Part shown: one piece after another, positions 9,120 through 17,202 of the stretch
How positions within the stretch are numbered: position 1 is the stretch's first letter
How the letters are laid out: the number at the start of each line of letters is the position of its first letter
Virus record (IMG/VR): IMGVR_UViG_3300049174_000096
Span: 1-41,950 of that record
DNA length: 41,950 bases
Direction: 5' to 3' (one strand)
From: a virus
Taxonomy: Duplodnaviria; Caudoviricetes
The notes under the pieces: generated by a model
Told to the model about the DNA's origin: nothing
The model's database searches: none
What the model saw: only the letters and a program-made list of their open reading frames with translations
Made by a program: the position numbers and the translations under genes

Positions 9120-9326
9120 TTAATAATCAGCGCAAGCCAGATCGAATTCTTCTCGCTTCCACTCAAGCCATTTTTCAAAGCTCATGCAGCAGCATCCTTC
9201 TTCTACAACGTCGCAGTCGCAAGAAGCATCTAGCTCTTCATAATACTGTTCTTCTAAATCTTCAATGTTCTTAAGCATATCGCTCCCTCCACAACTTATC
9301 GTGGAACTCATCGCGATACATAGCAT
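9120..9326 (-). CDS. Small acidic Cys-rich hypothetical protein (start probably at MLKNIE)
   Basis: GGGAG upstream of the internal ATG; CDCD...GCCC. Confidence 0.5.
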   Translation of the reverse strand: MLCIAMSSTISCGGSDMLKNIEDLEEQYYEELDASCDCDVVEEGCCCMSFEKWLEWKREEFDLACADY

Positions 9327-9468
9327 GCTCTTTGTATCTTTTGTAGTGATGTTCTACCTCGTCGAAAGCTTTTAAATAAGCCTCGAGGTGGTATTTGGAC
9401 TCTGACGCGTGATAAAGAAACTCTTCACGCAAATCAGACACAATGATATTGTCTTTGATGTTTTCCAT
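9271..9468 (-). CDS. Hypothetical protein
   Basis: First ORF of the leftward early operon. Confidence 0.55.
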   Translation of the reverse strand: MENIKDNIIVSDLREEFLYHASESKYHLEAYLKAFDEVEHHYKRYKEHAMYRDEFHDKLWRERYA

Positions 9469-9699
9469 TTTGAACGTCCATTCTAATGAGTTAACTGACT
9501 CGCTTTGGCTGCAACCTTGGCGAGTCTTTTTCTTACTCTAATTCTTCAGCTATATATCTTCTTACGGAATCGTTGTTGATCGGTCATGATCTTATCAACA
9601 CCTCCCAATTTAAATCAACACAAAATGAAAAGTCGTGCATAAATACCTTCCCTGTGGCAACATAACATTTTGAAAATAACAGAGAGAATTTTACCATAA

Positions 9700-9888
9700 A
9701 TGGATCTCAAACAATATTTAGACTCGCGGAACTTTCATTATAAAGAGTTCGCCGAAATGATCGGCGTATCTGCTACTACCTTATCGAATTATATGCACAA
9801 AAGACGAGAACCACGCCCGGCCATAAGGGAAAAGATTGTTAAGGCTACCCACGGCAAAGTCACCATCCTCGATCTTTTAAAAAAATAA
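9700..9888 (+). CDS. Cro/XRE-family HTH regulator
   Basis: 62 aa; EFAEMIGVSATTLSNYM...R.P...I.KAT.GKVT..DL; divergent from the early operon. Confidence 0.85.
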   Translation: MDLKQYLDSRNFHYKEFAEMIGVSATTLSNYMHKRREPRPAIREKIVKATHGKVTILDLLKK

Positions 9889-9898
9889 TATTTCATTT

Positions 9899-9945
9899 AA
9901 ATCCAGTTACCTCTTATTAAAAAAGAAATGTTAACTGGATTTTTT
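9899..9945. promoter_or_regulatory. 11-bp inverted repeat (operator or terminator)
   Basis: AAATCCAGTTA (9899-9909) and TAACTGGATTT (9932-9942), 22-bp spacer, then a T run. Confidence 0.45.
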
Positions 9946-10375
9946 GATGTTCATATTCGAAATCCCCTATGAACCCGTATCCTGGGCTGCTCCCAAGCTT
10001 AGCAGAACTCACACGTATGACCCTAGGGAAGCGGATAAGCGAGCCATTAGATTTCTGATTAAGCAGCAATACGACGCGGAACCCCTCACCTGCCGCGTTC
10101 TATTGGCATTCCAGTTCTACTTTCCAGTTCCTAAATCAGCTTCCAAAGCCAAAAAGCAAGCTATGCTTCTAGGCGATATCATTCCCACAAAAAGGGACGT
10201 ATCCAACTGCGTCAAGCTTTACGAGGACTGCTTAAAAAAAATAGTTATAGAAGACGACAGGCAGGTAGAATTCCTGTGCGCTAGAAAGCTTTACTCTGAA
10301 AAGCCCCTAGTTCGCATAAAGGTCGTTCCTGCAGATGAATACCAGGAAACATTGTACTATGCAGATCATTGCTGA
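9944..10375 (+). CDS. rusA: RusA-family Holliday junction resolvase
   Basis: F..P.PKS.SK...P.KRDVSN..K...D.L...V.EDDRQV...RK.Y. Confidence 0.9.
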   Translation: MMFIFEIPYEPVSWAAPKLSRTHTYDPREADKRAIRFLIKQQYDAEPLTCRVLLAFQFYFPVPKSASKAKKQAMLLGDIIPTKRDVSNCVKLYEDCLKKIVIEDDRQVEFLCARKLYSEKPLVRIKVVPADEYQETLYYADHC

Positions 10376-10535
10376 AGAGGTCGACGGAGCCTACTACATA
10401 GATGTGGTTCTGACTCCTAACGACATGCAAAAAATACAAAGGATTCTCCCATGTTCAAAAAAAGATTGGCGAGATTGCAGATTTCTTGGTAAATGTTAAA
10501 ATATGTTTAACCCTTTTATACAAATGGTAATGGCT

Positions 10536-10646
10536 ATGGCTCACAAGAAAAAAGAACACATGAAGAAAGAAAAGCATCACAAAGAAGAAAAAAAAGAGAT
10601 GATGCACAAAGAAGAAAAACACATGAAGCATCATAAAAAGAAATAA
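10536..10646 (+). CDS. 36-aa Lys/His/Glu-rich microprotein (not in ORF track)
   Basis: MAHKKKEHMKKEKHHKEEKKEMMHKEEKHMKHHKKK; alternative ATGs at 10524 and 10530. Confidence 0.6.
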   Translation: MAHKKKEHMKKEKHHKEEKKEMMHKEEKHMKHHKKK

Positions 10647-10651
10647 TTCCT

Positions 10652-10816
10652 ATGGATAAAAAGATGCGCAAACAGGTCACAAAGCCCATTAGAAAGGCCG
10701 AGTCGATCCTTAAGAAAGCAGAAAAATCCAATGAGAAGCTCGCGGATTACGATGAACGTGTCCGCGATCCCATGATTGCTAAATTCAAACGCATGAAGTC
10801 TAAATGCTCAAAGTAA
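10652..10816 (+). CDS. Small basic hypothetical protein (54 aa; not in ORF track)
   Basis: MDKKMRKQVTKPIRKAESILKKAEKSNEKLADYD..RDP. Confidence 0.6.
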   Translation: MDKKMRKQVTKPIRKAESILKKAEKSNEKLADYDERVRDPMIAKFKRMKSKCSK

Positions 10817-10837
10817 ACTTTAACCCAGTCTTTAACG

Positions 10838-11152
10838 TTGCGGAAAAAGTCGATAAAGCAGCCCAAGAAGAAATTAAAGAAAATATTTTACGTTGGCAAG
10901 ACGAAGATAAAATCAAAAGATGGTACCAAGAAGTACACGTGCAAATACTCGGACGTTCCAACTGACGAACAAGGATGGGTTTTGCTACCACACTACCTAC
11001 CAATCAGCTTTGACCTCATGTACCTAAAAGTAAAAGGCCTTGATAAAAAGATTACTGGTTGGTGGACAGAAAGATCGTGGGACGGTCTACATTTTAAGAA
11101 ATCATACAAAGTAACACATTGGAAAAGGGTGCCAGAAAGTGAGTGGAGATAG
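10838..11152 (+). CDS. Hypothetical protein
   Basis: GW...YLP..FDL...GWW....WDG......V..WK pattern; start uncertain. Confidence 0.6.
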   Translation: MRKKSIKQPKKKLKKIFYVGKTKIKSKDGTKKYTCKYSDVPTDEQGWVLLPHYLPISFDLMYLKVKGLDKKITGWWTERSWDGLHFKKSYKVTHWKRVPESEWR

Positions 11153-11357
11153 AGCTTTAGCTACAGAAATCAGCGTCACCATTAAAAATTCCGATTCTAA
11201 AGTGGTAGAAAAATCTTTAGAGTATGGTAGGGTGAGTATATCAAAAGATGATCCGGCAATCGATAGACTCATCCAGCTAGCAATGGCGAAATTTGGGCCT
11301 ACGAATATCGCTGATGCATCTGATATTGTGGTAAAAACTAAAACAGTGTGGCAATAA
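11139..11357 (+). CDS. Hypothetical protein
   Basis: 72 aa, overlaps the previous gene. Confidence 0.55.
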   Translation: MSGDRALATEISVTIKNSDSKVVEKSLEYGRVSISKDDPAIDRLIQLAMAKFGPTNIADASDIVVKTKTVWQ

Positions 11358-11384
11358 AAAAGCCGCCCCAATCAAGAAGCGGCT
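11354..11384 (-). terminator. Rho-independent terminator (minus strand)
   Basis: AGCCGC-12 nt-GCGGCT followed by TTTTTATT on the minus strand. Confidence 0.6.
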
Positions 11385-11574
11385 AAAATGTTCGTTTTTA
11401 ACGAAATTTTCCAGGATATCCGTACCTTACCATAGTAACATCCCCACTAACGTGGGGAACTTGACTTTGAAAGTGCACTTTCTCCGTCATGTCTAATAAC
11501 ATATCATCTTACGTGCATTAATTCAATGCGTAAAAATTCCTTTTTTGTTACCTATTGATTAATAGTAATTAAAC

Positions 11575-12012
11575 ATGAAATTTTCCATGACATTTATCGA
11601 AGGCAATCAAGAGGCTAAAAAGCTAAAAACAGATGAACTTAAAAGGGATGCCTATGACCAGTATTGCGCTCATTTGGCCAAGGGAAAGTCCAAAAGATCT
11701 TGGTATTTTCAGCACCCTTCTTTGAGTCTTACATGGGAAACCATGGAGAAATATATCAAAGAAGATACAAGTGTTTTCGATCCTACACAAAAAAAACATG
11801 CCGAAGCTCAAGGGTTTGCTAAGTGGGAGCAGGTCGTTGAAGATTCCGCAATTGGTCAAAATAAAGACGCAAATGTCGCCGCTCTTCAGATGCTAATGCG
11901 CAATAAATATAAGTGGGATCGACACGACCAAGTGCATGAAGATGACTTATCATCTGCCGATGCCAATGAGAAGCTTCTTAATCAGATTTCGAATCTTCAG
12001 AAAAAGGTTTAG
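11575..12012 (+). CDS. Putative terminase small subunit
   Basis: G.S.......L...T...Y HTH-like N-terminus; AALQMLMRNKYKWD resembles terS C-termini; upstream of terL. Confidence 0.65.
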   Translation: MKFSMTFIEGNQEAKKLKTDELKRDAYDQYCAHLAKGKSKRSWYFQHPSLSLTWETMEKYIKEDTSVFDPTQKKHAEAQGFAKWEQVVEDSAIGQNKDANVAALQMLMRNKYKWDRHDQVHEDDLSSADANEKLLNQISNLQKKV

Positions 12013-12502
12013 CTGCATCTAATACCGCTAATGCTTGATCTGCTAAACGCATACATTCCTGCGTGACATAGTCTATGTTTTTGTAAGAGCAAGGAATTAG
12101 TTCATGCTCCTCCAAAATCTTCTTAAGATGGGGCATCCTTTCTGACAATTCCTTTCGGGAAGCCTCCAACGCTACTTGGCAAGCTGGAGTGACATCCCCA
12201 GAATGTGCGCAATCAAATCCAAAAACGTAAACACTATCCCTCCTCATTTCGGAGAAAGTTAACCCGCCATGCACATCGGCATCTATGCTGCCGTACTCTT
12301 TTCCATACCAAGGATGATCGGAATCGAGGTGAATATACCCACATAAAATCCCAAGACTATTTCGCATTATCTGACATCTTACGCCTTTATGTGAGAATTC
12401 CAAATAATCTGTCTCATTTGTCCATTCACCTATTCCCCACTCAGAATTATAAATTTTCCGTGGCCACAGGATTTTCTTTTCAGACAGAGATTCGTCGTTC
12501 AT
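11978..12502 (-). CDS. Conserved phage hypothetical protein
   Basis: LCGY......HPWYG....DVHGGLTFS...FGFDCAHSGD pattern common in phages. Confidence 0.75.
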   Translation of the reverse strand: MNDESLSEKKILWPRKIYNSEWGIGEWTNETDYLEFSHKGVRCQIMRNSLGILCGYIHLDSDHPWYGKEYGSIDADVHGGLTFSEMRRDSVYVFGFDCAHSGDVTPACQVALEASRKELSERMPHLKKILEEHELIPCSYKNIDYVTQECMRLADQALAVLDAAKPFSEDSKSD

Positions 12503-12735
12503 TACTTGCCCTCTAAATGGTTCAGCAATAATTCCACCTCATTCGTAAACCACTTGAGGTTTATTCTCGCCTTTTCTTCTGAGATTGTGAGAAGAGCTGA
12601 TGTGACCACCTGCGTCAATGCAACAAGAACTATCGCATTGGTTTTCTCCTTAAAATTTTGGCCTATCTTAAGGGCTAAATCTTTTGCCTCGTTGAACTCT
12701 TCTTGAGTAAGAGGTCTCATTTTTTCTTGTTGCAT
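12502..12735 (-). CDS. Small helical hypothetical protein (paralogue family)
   Basis: Coupled to its neighbours; helical pattern similar to the ORFs at 13103-13978. Confidence 0.65.
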   Translation of the reverse strand: MQQEKMRPLTQEEFNEAKDLALKIGQNFKEKTNAIVLVALTQVVTSALLTISEEKARINLKWFTNEVELLLNHLEGK

Positions 12736-13122
12736 TCACCCTCGCTTTAAAATACTTGATATAATTAGCATGCAGTTAGCCAGATCAATAGAGGTTACAT
12801 GATGAAGAGGCAATTTCTCAAGTGTTTCGATTGTACTGTTAAGCGTCTGAATAAGTTCTTCTCGGGTGACTGGTTCCTGGCTATTCTTTGCATTTGGGTT
12901 CTGTTCTGGTTCGCTAGCTTTTTTGTCGTAACGTACCAGTATCTCGTTACCTAGATCATCTACACGAATAAAGTCATCGCTGCCTAGTGGCCACATCCGC
13001 ATAGCAGACCCGTCACAAACGGCGATAGCGCCGCATTTGCAATAGACGATCTCGTCAGGAAGCATGCTCTCTATGATCGCTAAACATTTTCCGCATTTAG
13101 CCCTATTTCGCATGGGTATCAA
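12736..13122 (-). CDS. Zinc-binding hypothetical protein
   Basis: RNRAKCGKC...CKCGAIAV.DG. Confidence 0.7.
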   Translation of the reverse strand: MIPMRNRAKCGKCLAIIESMLPDEIVYCKCGAIAVCDGSAMRMWPLGSDDFIRVDDLGNEILVRYDKKASEPEQNPNAKNSQEPVTREELIQTLNSTIETLEKLPLHHVTSIDLANCMLIISSILKRG

Positions 13123-13342
13123 ACCTTTCTACGTAAGAGTTGGGATTTAAGTTTTTGAGAGCACTTGCTATGACCTCTCCCACATCATCGACAATCCTTT
13201 CATTTACGCCTTCTTTCACAAGTATTCTCATTGCAATATTGACGCATGCAGAAAGGGCTATGCCATGAGGGATTTTATTGAGTTCTAAGCAATCATATAG
13301 AGTGTCCATTGCTTTGAGTACATCTTCAGCTTTTAGTGCCAT
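13103..13342 (-). CDS. Small helical hypothetical protein (paralogue family)
   Basis: GGAGGA RBS; NKIPHGIALSACV...EGVN. Confidence 0.7.
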   Translation of the reverse strand: MALKAEDVLKAMDTLYDCLELNKIPHGIALSACVNIAMRILVKEGVNERIVDDVGEVIASALKNLNPNSYVERFDTHAK

Positions 13343-13682
13343 TTTCCTCCACTATAATTCTCTCAAGTGAGCCATTCAGGCCGGCCACTTTATTGAATGC
13401 GTCATGAAATTCCACAACCGCTTCGTCGCTTACTCCGATAGATGACAAGAAATCGAATAAAAATGTTACGCATATAGATACACATGCATGAGTTGGGATG
13501 TTATTTATATGAAAAAACTCCAGCAAAAGACGGTGCTGTTTTTCCACGTATTCGACTTGGTCCGTCTCTTCAACTTTCATTGTCATTAATCGGCCTCTTT
13601 GGTCTGTTCCAACATTCAAACCAGCATTCAATGCGCTCTGCATTATCTTCCGGTTTGCAACACTTTTCTTCCTTCCATTCAT
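13326..13682 (-). CDS. Small helical hypothetical protein (start probably ~13586)
   Basis: NNIPTHACVSICV...IGVS. Confidence 0.6.
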   Translation of the reverse strand: MNGRKKSVANRKIMQSALNAGLNVGTDQRGRLMTMKVEETDQVEYVEKQHRLLLEFFHINNIPTHACVSICVTFLFDFLSSIGVSDEAVVEFHDAFNKVAGLNGSLERIIVEENGTKS

Positions 13683-13767
13683 TACATGTGGGGCAGTATT
13701 TTGAATCCCATTGATCCGAATAAAATAAAACTGTACAACATGAAGAGCAAACGTCGGAAGGTTTCAT
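13570..13767 (-). CDS. Cys-rich putative zinc-finger protein
   Basis: CSSC...Y....D..YCPTCNEW.E..C......C..C..RP.RP. Confidence 0.65.
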   Translation of the reverse strand: MKPSDVCSSCCTVLFYSDQWDSKYCPTCNEWKEEKCCKPEDNAERIECWFECWNRPKRPINDNES

Positions 13768-13978
13768 TACGGATAATCTCCCATCTCGTATCCTAATTCT
13801 GACAACGCGCGACGAAGGCTATTGGTCACACCAATTATCAGTTCTTTTGGACATTTTTCTAATTCCAGCGTCGTAATAAGCATATCTATGCAAGCGGAAG
13901 TTAGAGTGACACCCATTATCTCTTTTTCTTTGCACGCGGCTAGTATCACTTGAATTGCTCGATGCACCTCTTCCATAG
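13767..13978 (-). CDS. Small helical hypothetical protein (paralogue family; start MEEVH)
   Basis: AAGG upstream; KEIMGVTLTSACI; the tracked extension to 14066 overlaps terL. Confidence 0.55.
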
Positions 13979-14039
13979 TGTTTTTGCCTTGATTTTGCAT
14001 ATGTTCTACTATATTTAAGTATTTAACATATAGGTAATC

Positions 14040-15359
14040 ATGCAAGATCTCCTCTCGGAAAAGCAATGGGAATTCATACTCAACTCAACCGCGCGCTGGA
14101 ATATAGCGCATGGCTCTGTGTCGAGCGGCAAAACTATGGGTATTACCTTCCGCTTCATGCAAGCCGTAGATGCGTGCCTAGACAGCCAAATATGGATGAT
14201 CGGACATACATCGTCAACGGTCTACGATAACGTTGTGCGCCTTATTTTAGAACCAAAATCTGACGGGTTAGATCCGCTGGCTATATTTAGACCTTATTGC
14301 ACCTGGAAAAAGGGGGATCGCGTGCTTTGGTATAAAGATAAAAAGATCTCTACAGTCGGGGCAAAGGACTCAGGAGCTATCGGCGCCATTCAAGGAAAGA
14401 CTATGAGTCTATCCTATTGCGACGAGATGACGCTGTATCCCGAGAACATCATCGATATGATCGATACGCGCCTTCGTAATAGCCATTCCATGGGCTTTGC
14501 TACCATGAACCCAAGCTACCCTACTCACAAGATCAAGGAGTGGATTGACAAGGCAATTGGAGGGGATCCCAACTACTATCAACTTCATTTTAAGCTTGAA
14601 GATAACCCTTATCTAGACCAAGCTTACAAGGATCGCATCAAGAACAGCTTGAGCGGTGTGTTCTATAAACGTAATTATCTTGGAGAATGGTGTCTTGCTG
14701 AAGGTTCTATTTTTGACTTCTTCGATCGGGGTGTTTATGTTCTCAATCGCCCTCCTCGCGCAGCTGATTACTGGATTGTTGGGGTGGATTACGGCACTAG
14801 TAACGCTTTCGCTGCTATTCTTATCGGTGTTAACTGCGGTAAGTATACACAAGAGCCGCCACTAATGTGGGCTGAAAAAGAATACTATTGGGACTCAAAA
14901 AAGACCCAAAGACAAAAGACAAGCTCGGAGTTTGCCGATGACCTCAAAGAATGGATGGAACCTTACGGAGTTAAGTCTGTGTATATTGATCCTAGCGCTG
15001 CTCACTTTAAACTGGATCTCCAGCGCCGGGGTATACATCCAGTTAACGCGGATAACGACGTTAATAACGGAATCATCAAGCTCACTTCAGAAATGAAGGC
15101 GGGGAAGCTGTTTATTTGCTCTGAATGCGTTAATTTGATCAGAGAGGTAGAAGGGTACGTCTGGCATCCCAAATGCAAAGAGAAGGGCGAAGACGAGCCT
15201 TTAAAGCAAAATGACCATGCTATCGACGCGCTGCGCTATGCTATAAATACTCACAGGCCTGCTCGCTTTGATCACGAGGAAAAGAAGCCTCCGAGTTTCA
15301 TGCCTCCAAATTCAACAATAAACCAGATAAGACACCCTAATGATTATGGATTCAGATGA
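14040..15359 (+). CDS. terL: Terminase large subunit (PBSX/Terminase_3-like)
   Basis: Walker A HGSVSSGKT, Walker B YCDE, coupling motif TMNP; nuclease GVDYG, IDPSA and NDHAIDALRY. Confidence 0.95.
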   Translation: MQDLLSEKQWEFILNSTARWNIAHGSVSSGKTMGITFRFMQAVDACLDSQIWMIGHTSSTVYDNVVRLILEPKSDGLDPLAIFRPYCTWKKGDRVLWYKDKKISTVGAKDSGAIGAIQGKTMSLSYCDEMTLYPENIIDMIDTRLRNSHSMGFATMNPSYPTHKIKEWIDKAIGGDPNYYQLHFKLEDNPYLDQAYKDRIKNSLSGVFYKRNYLGEWCLAEGSIFDFFDRGVYVLNRPPRAADYWIVGVDYGTSNAFAAILIGVNCGKYTQEPPLMWAEKEYYWDSKKTQRQKTSSEFADDLKEWMEPYGVKSVYIDPSAAHFKLDLQRRGIHPVNADNDVNNGIIKLTSEMKAGKLFICSECVNLIREVEGYVWHPKCKEKGEDEPLKQNDHAIDALRYAINTHRPARFDHEEKKPPSFMPPNSTINQIRHPNDYGFR

Positions 15360-15607
15360 TACTGCCAATTAATGACCACATCCTCCTAGAGATTGTTCCC
15401 GTCGAAAAGAAGTCGGGTATTCTTATCCTTGATGCTAAAGAAGAAGTAAAACTTCGCATTGCGTCTCTCGGTGCTGTTGCCGATCTTCCCTGCAAAGAAG
15501 GCGATTACGTTCGAATAGAGAAATATAAAGGGACAGAAATAGAGTTGTCCGATAAGCGATACATCATCATTCATCACAAGGATATAATTGCTTATGAGCC
15601 GATATAA
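15356..15607 (+). CDS. groES: GroES/Cpn10-like co-chaperonin
   Basis: LPINDHILLE...KSGILI (mobile loop)...G......KEGD.V...KY.GTEI.....Y.I....DIIA. Confidence 0.8.
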   Translation: MILPINDHILLEIVPVEKKSGILILDAKEEVKLRIASLGAVADLPCKEGDYVRIEKYKGTEIELSDKRYIIIHHKDIIAYEPI

Positions 15608-15648
15608 ATGGCCAAAAGTGCCTAAAAAACAAAGATTTGGCTGATTAC

Positions 15649-15777
15649 GCCGCCTATCCCATTGGTTGGGTATTGGCAGAGGAGAACTAGTGAAGCAAAC
15701 GTATTTTGTTTCCTTAAGTCGCTCCCGGAAGTCCAATAGCGATGATATCTAGCGGGGTTCGAATCCTTAAGGCGGCA
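15649..15777 (+). ncRNA. tRNA-like RNA with a 56-nt extension in place of the anticodon loop
   Basis: Acceptor GCCGCCT/AGGCGGC plus A; D-like stem CCCA/TGGG; TATTGG/CCAATA stem; long variable arm; GGGG-TTCGAAT-CCTT T arm. Confidence 0.55.
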
Positions 15778-15794
15778 AATTTAATGGAGACCCA

Positions 15795-15893
15795 ATGATC
15801 TGGGGCGTTATCGTTTTCTTTTGGCTTAGGTATCACGGCTCTAGAATAAAGGAGTTGGAAGGCGAGTTACATAGATTAAGGAGTCGCAAATGA
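15795..15893 (+). CDS. 32-aa membrane microprotein (not in ORF track)
   Basis: GGAG RBS; MIWGVIVFFWLRY...; ATGA overlap with the next gene. Confidence 0.45.
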   Translation: MIWGVIVFFWLRYHGSRIKELEGELHRLRSRK

Positions 15894-16615
15894 TTGTCGA
15901 TTGCATAAGTGATCTACATGGATTTTATCCGCAGCTAGAAGGCGGCGATCTTTTAATTGTTGCTGGAGATTTGACCGCAACCCATTCTTTTGAACAACTT
16001 ATGCGGTTCTACTGTTGGTTTGACAAACAGGATTATAAAAAACGTATCCTGATAGCTGGAAACCATGATGGATTATTGGAAGAATTTCCACCTACATATG
16101 GCACTTGGGAATACCTCTGCGACTCGGGCGCTGAATTCGAATATATTGAACCCTCCCTCATCTTTAGCATCAACGAAAAACCAATCATTGGTCTAGGTGA
16201 GACTAAAATCCTAAAAATCTGGGGCTCTCCTTGGACAAAGACCTTTCCCAACATGAATCCCCGCTGCAAAGCTTTTACATGCGATACAGAGAAGGAATTA
16301 AATGAGAAGTGGGCGCTGATTCCCGAAGATGTGGACATATTGATTACCCATAGTCCCCCTTATGGAATCATGGATGCAGTTCAAAGGTATGATTTTGACC
16401 ATAATTCTACCATTGAAAATTGCGGCAGCGTGAGTCTAATGAACCGGCTATATTCAGAGAAGATAAAGCCAAAGCTGCACGTATTTGGACACATTCACGA
16501 AGGCCACGGCCATATCCAAAAGATGATGGACTATCCAGGTGTGCAGTTTGTGAATGCGTCTTATGTCAACGAAAGATATCAGCCAGTAAATAAACCGATT
16601 AGGATCATTTTATGA
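15890..16615 (+). CDS. Calcineurin-like metallophosphoesterase (MPPED/239FB-like)
   Basis: ISDLHG, AGDLT, IAGNHD, LITHSPP, FGHIHEG motifs. Confidence 0.9.
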   Translation: MIVDCISDLHGFYPQLEGGDLLIVAGDLTATHSFEQLMRFYCWFDKQDYKKRILIAGNHDGLLEEFPPTYGTWEYLCDSGAEFEYIEPSLIFSINEKPIIGLGETKILKIWGSPWTKTFPNMNPRCKAFTCDTEKELNEKWALIPEDVDILITHSPPYGIMDAVQRYDFDHNSTIENCGSVSLMNRLYSEKIKPKLHVFGHIHEGHGHIQKMMDYPGVQFVNASYVNERYQPVNKPIRIIL

Positions 16616-16747
16616 CTGTTTATGAGCAGATAATTGAAATCCTTCAGAAACACAAAGTGACAAAAAGAGCGCGTCTATTTTTATTGATGGCGGCTGTCAT
16701 TGCTTCCGAAGATGAAAACCGCTAAATTTTCTGCGACATATGGGTTT

Positions 16748-16948
16748 TTAGGAATCGGCGTTGTGTCCGTATCTAGAGTTGATGATCTTTTCCAAAGGCT
16801 TTATCCTGCTGCTCAAGAACTCATTCTCGGAATAAAGCGACTCTATGTTCTGTTCCAAGATGGCTATCTTTCGATCCCTTTTCCGTATTCTATAGTCTAA
16901 TGAAATTGCCAGGCTGCCTATGATGATTAGTGTCATCGGAAAGATCAT
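16748..16948 (-). CDS. Single-TM plus coiled-coil small protein
   Basis: Hydrophobic N-terminus, basic cluster, heptad repeats. Confidence 0.55.
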   Translation of the reverse strand: MIFPMTLIIIGSLAISLDYRIRKRDRKIAILEQNIESLYSENEFLSSRIKPLEKIINSRYGHNADS

Positions 16949-16949
16949 T

Positions 16950-17117
16950 TCATTTCTCCAATTTCTTGTATTCTCTGTGTAGCCAAAGCGAAAAAAGCAA
17001 TCCTAAGCATGCGCACAAAATGAATGAGCTTTTGATCGGTATTTGTAAAAGATTAGTTAGAACCCCTAACGCAATCCCAAAAGCGATCAGTTGTGTGATT
17101 TTCTCGACCCATTCCAT
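16950..17117 (-). CDS. 55-aa two-TM membrane protein (holin-like topology; not in ORF track)
   Basis: MEWVEKITQLIAFGIALGVLTNLLQIPIKSSFILCACLGLLFSLWLHREYKKLEK. Confidence 0.5.
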   Translation of the reverse strand: MEWVEKITQLIAFGIALGVLTNLLQIPIKSSFILCACLGLLFSLWLHREYKKLEK

Positions 17118-17202
17118 AATTTCCGCTCACCTATCCTAAATAAAATATTTAATGCTAACTTTACCTTAGAAGCCCTCTCACAAACTTCGAAGGAAGGTAG
17201 CT

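Noticed and set aside
15649-15777. Functional canonical tRNA or tmRNA
   Set aside because: No 7-nt anticodon loop; no G3-U70 alanine acceptor or tag reading frame; kept as a tRNA-like RNA only
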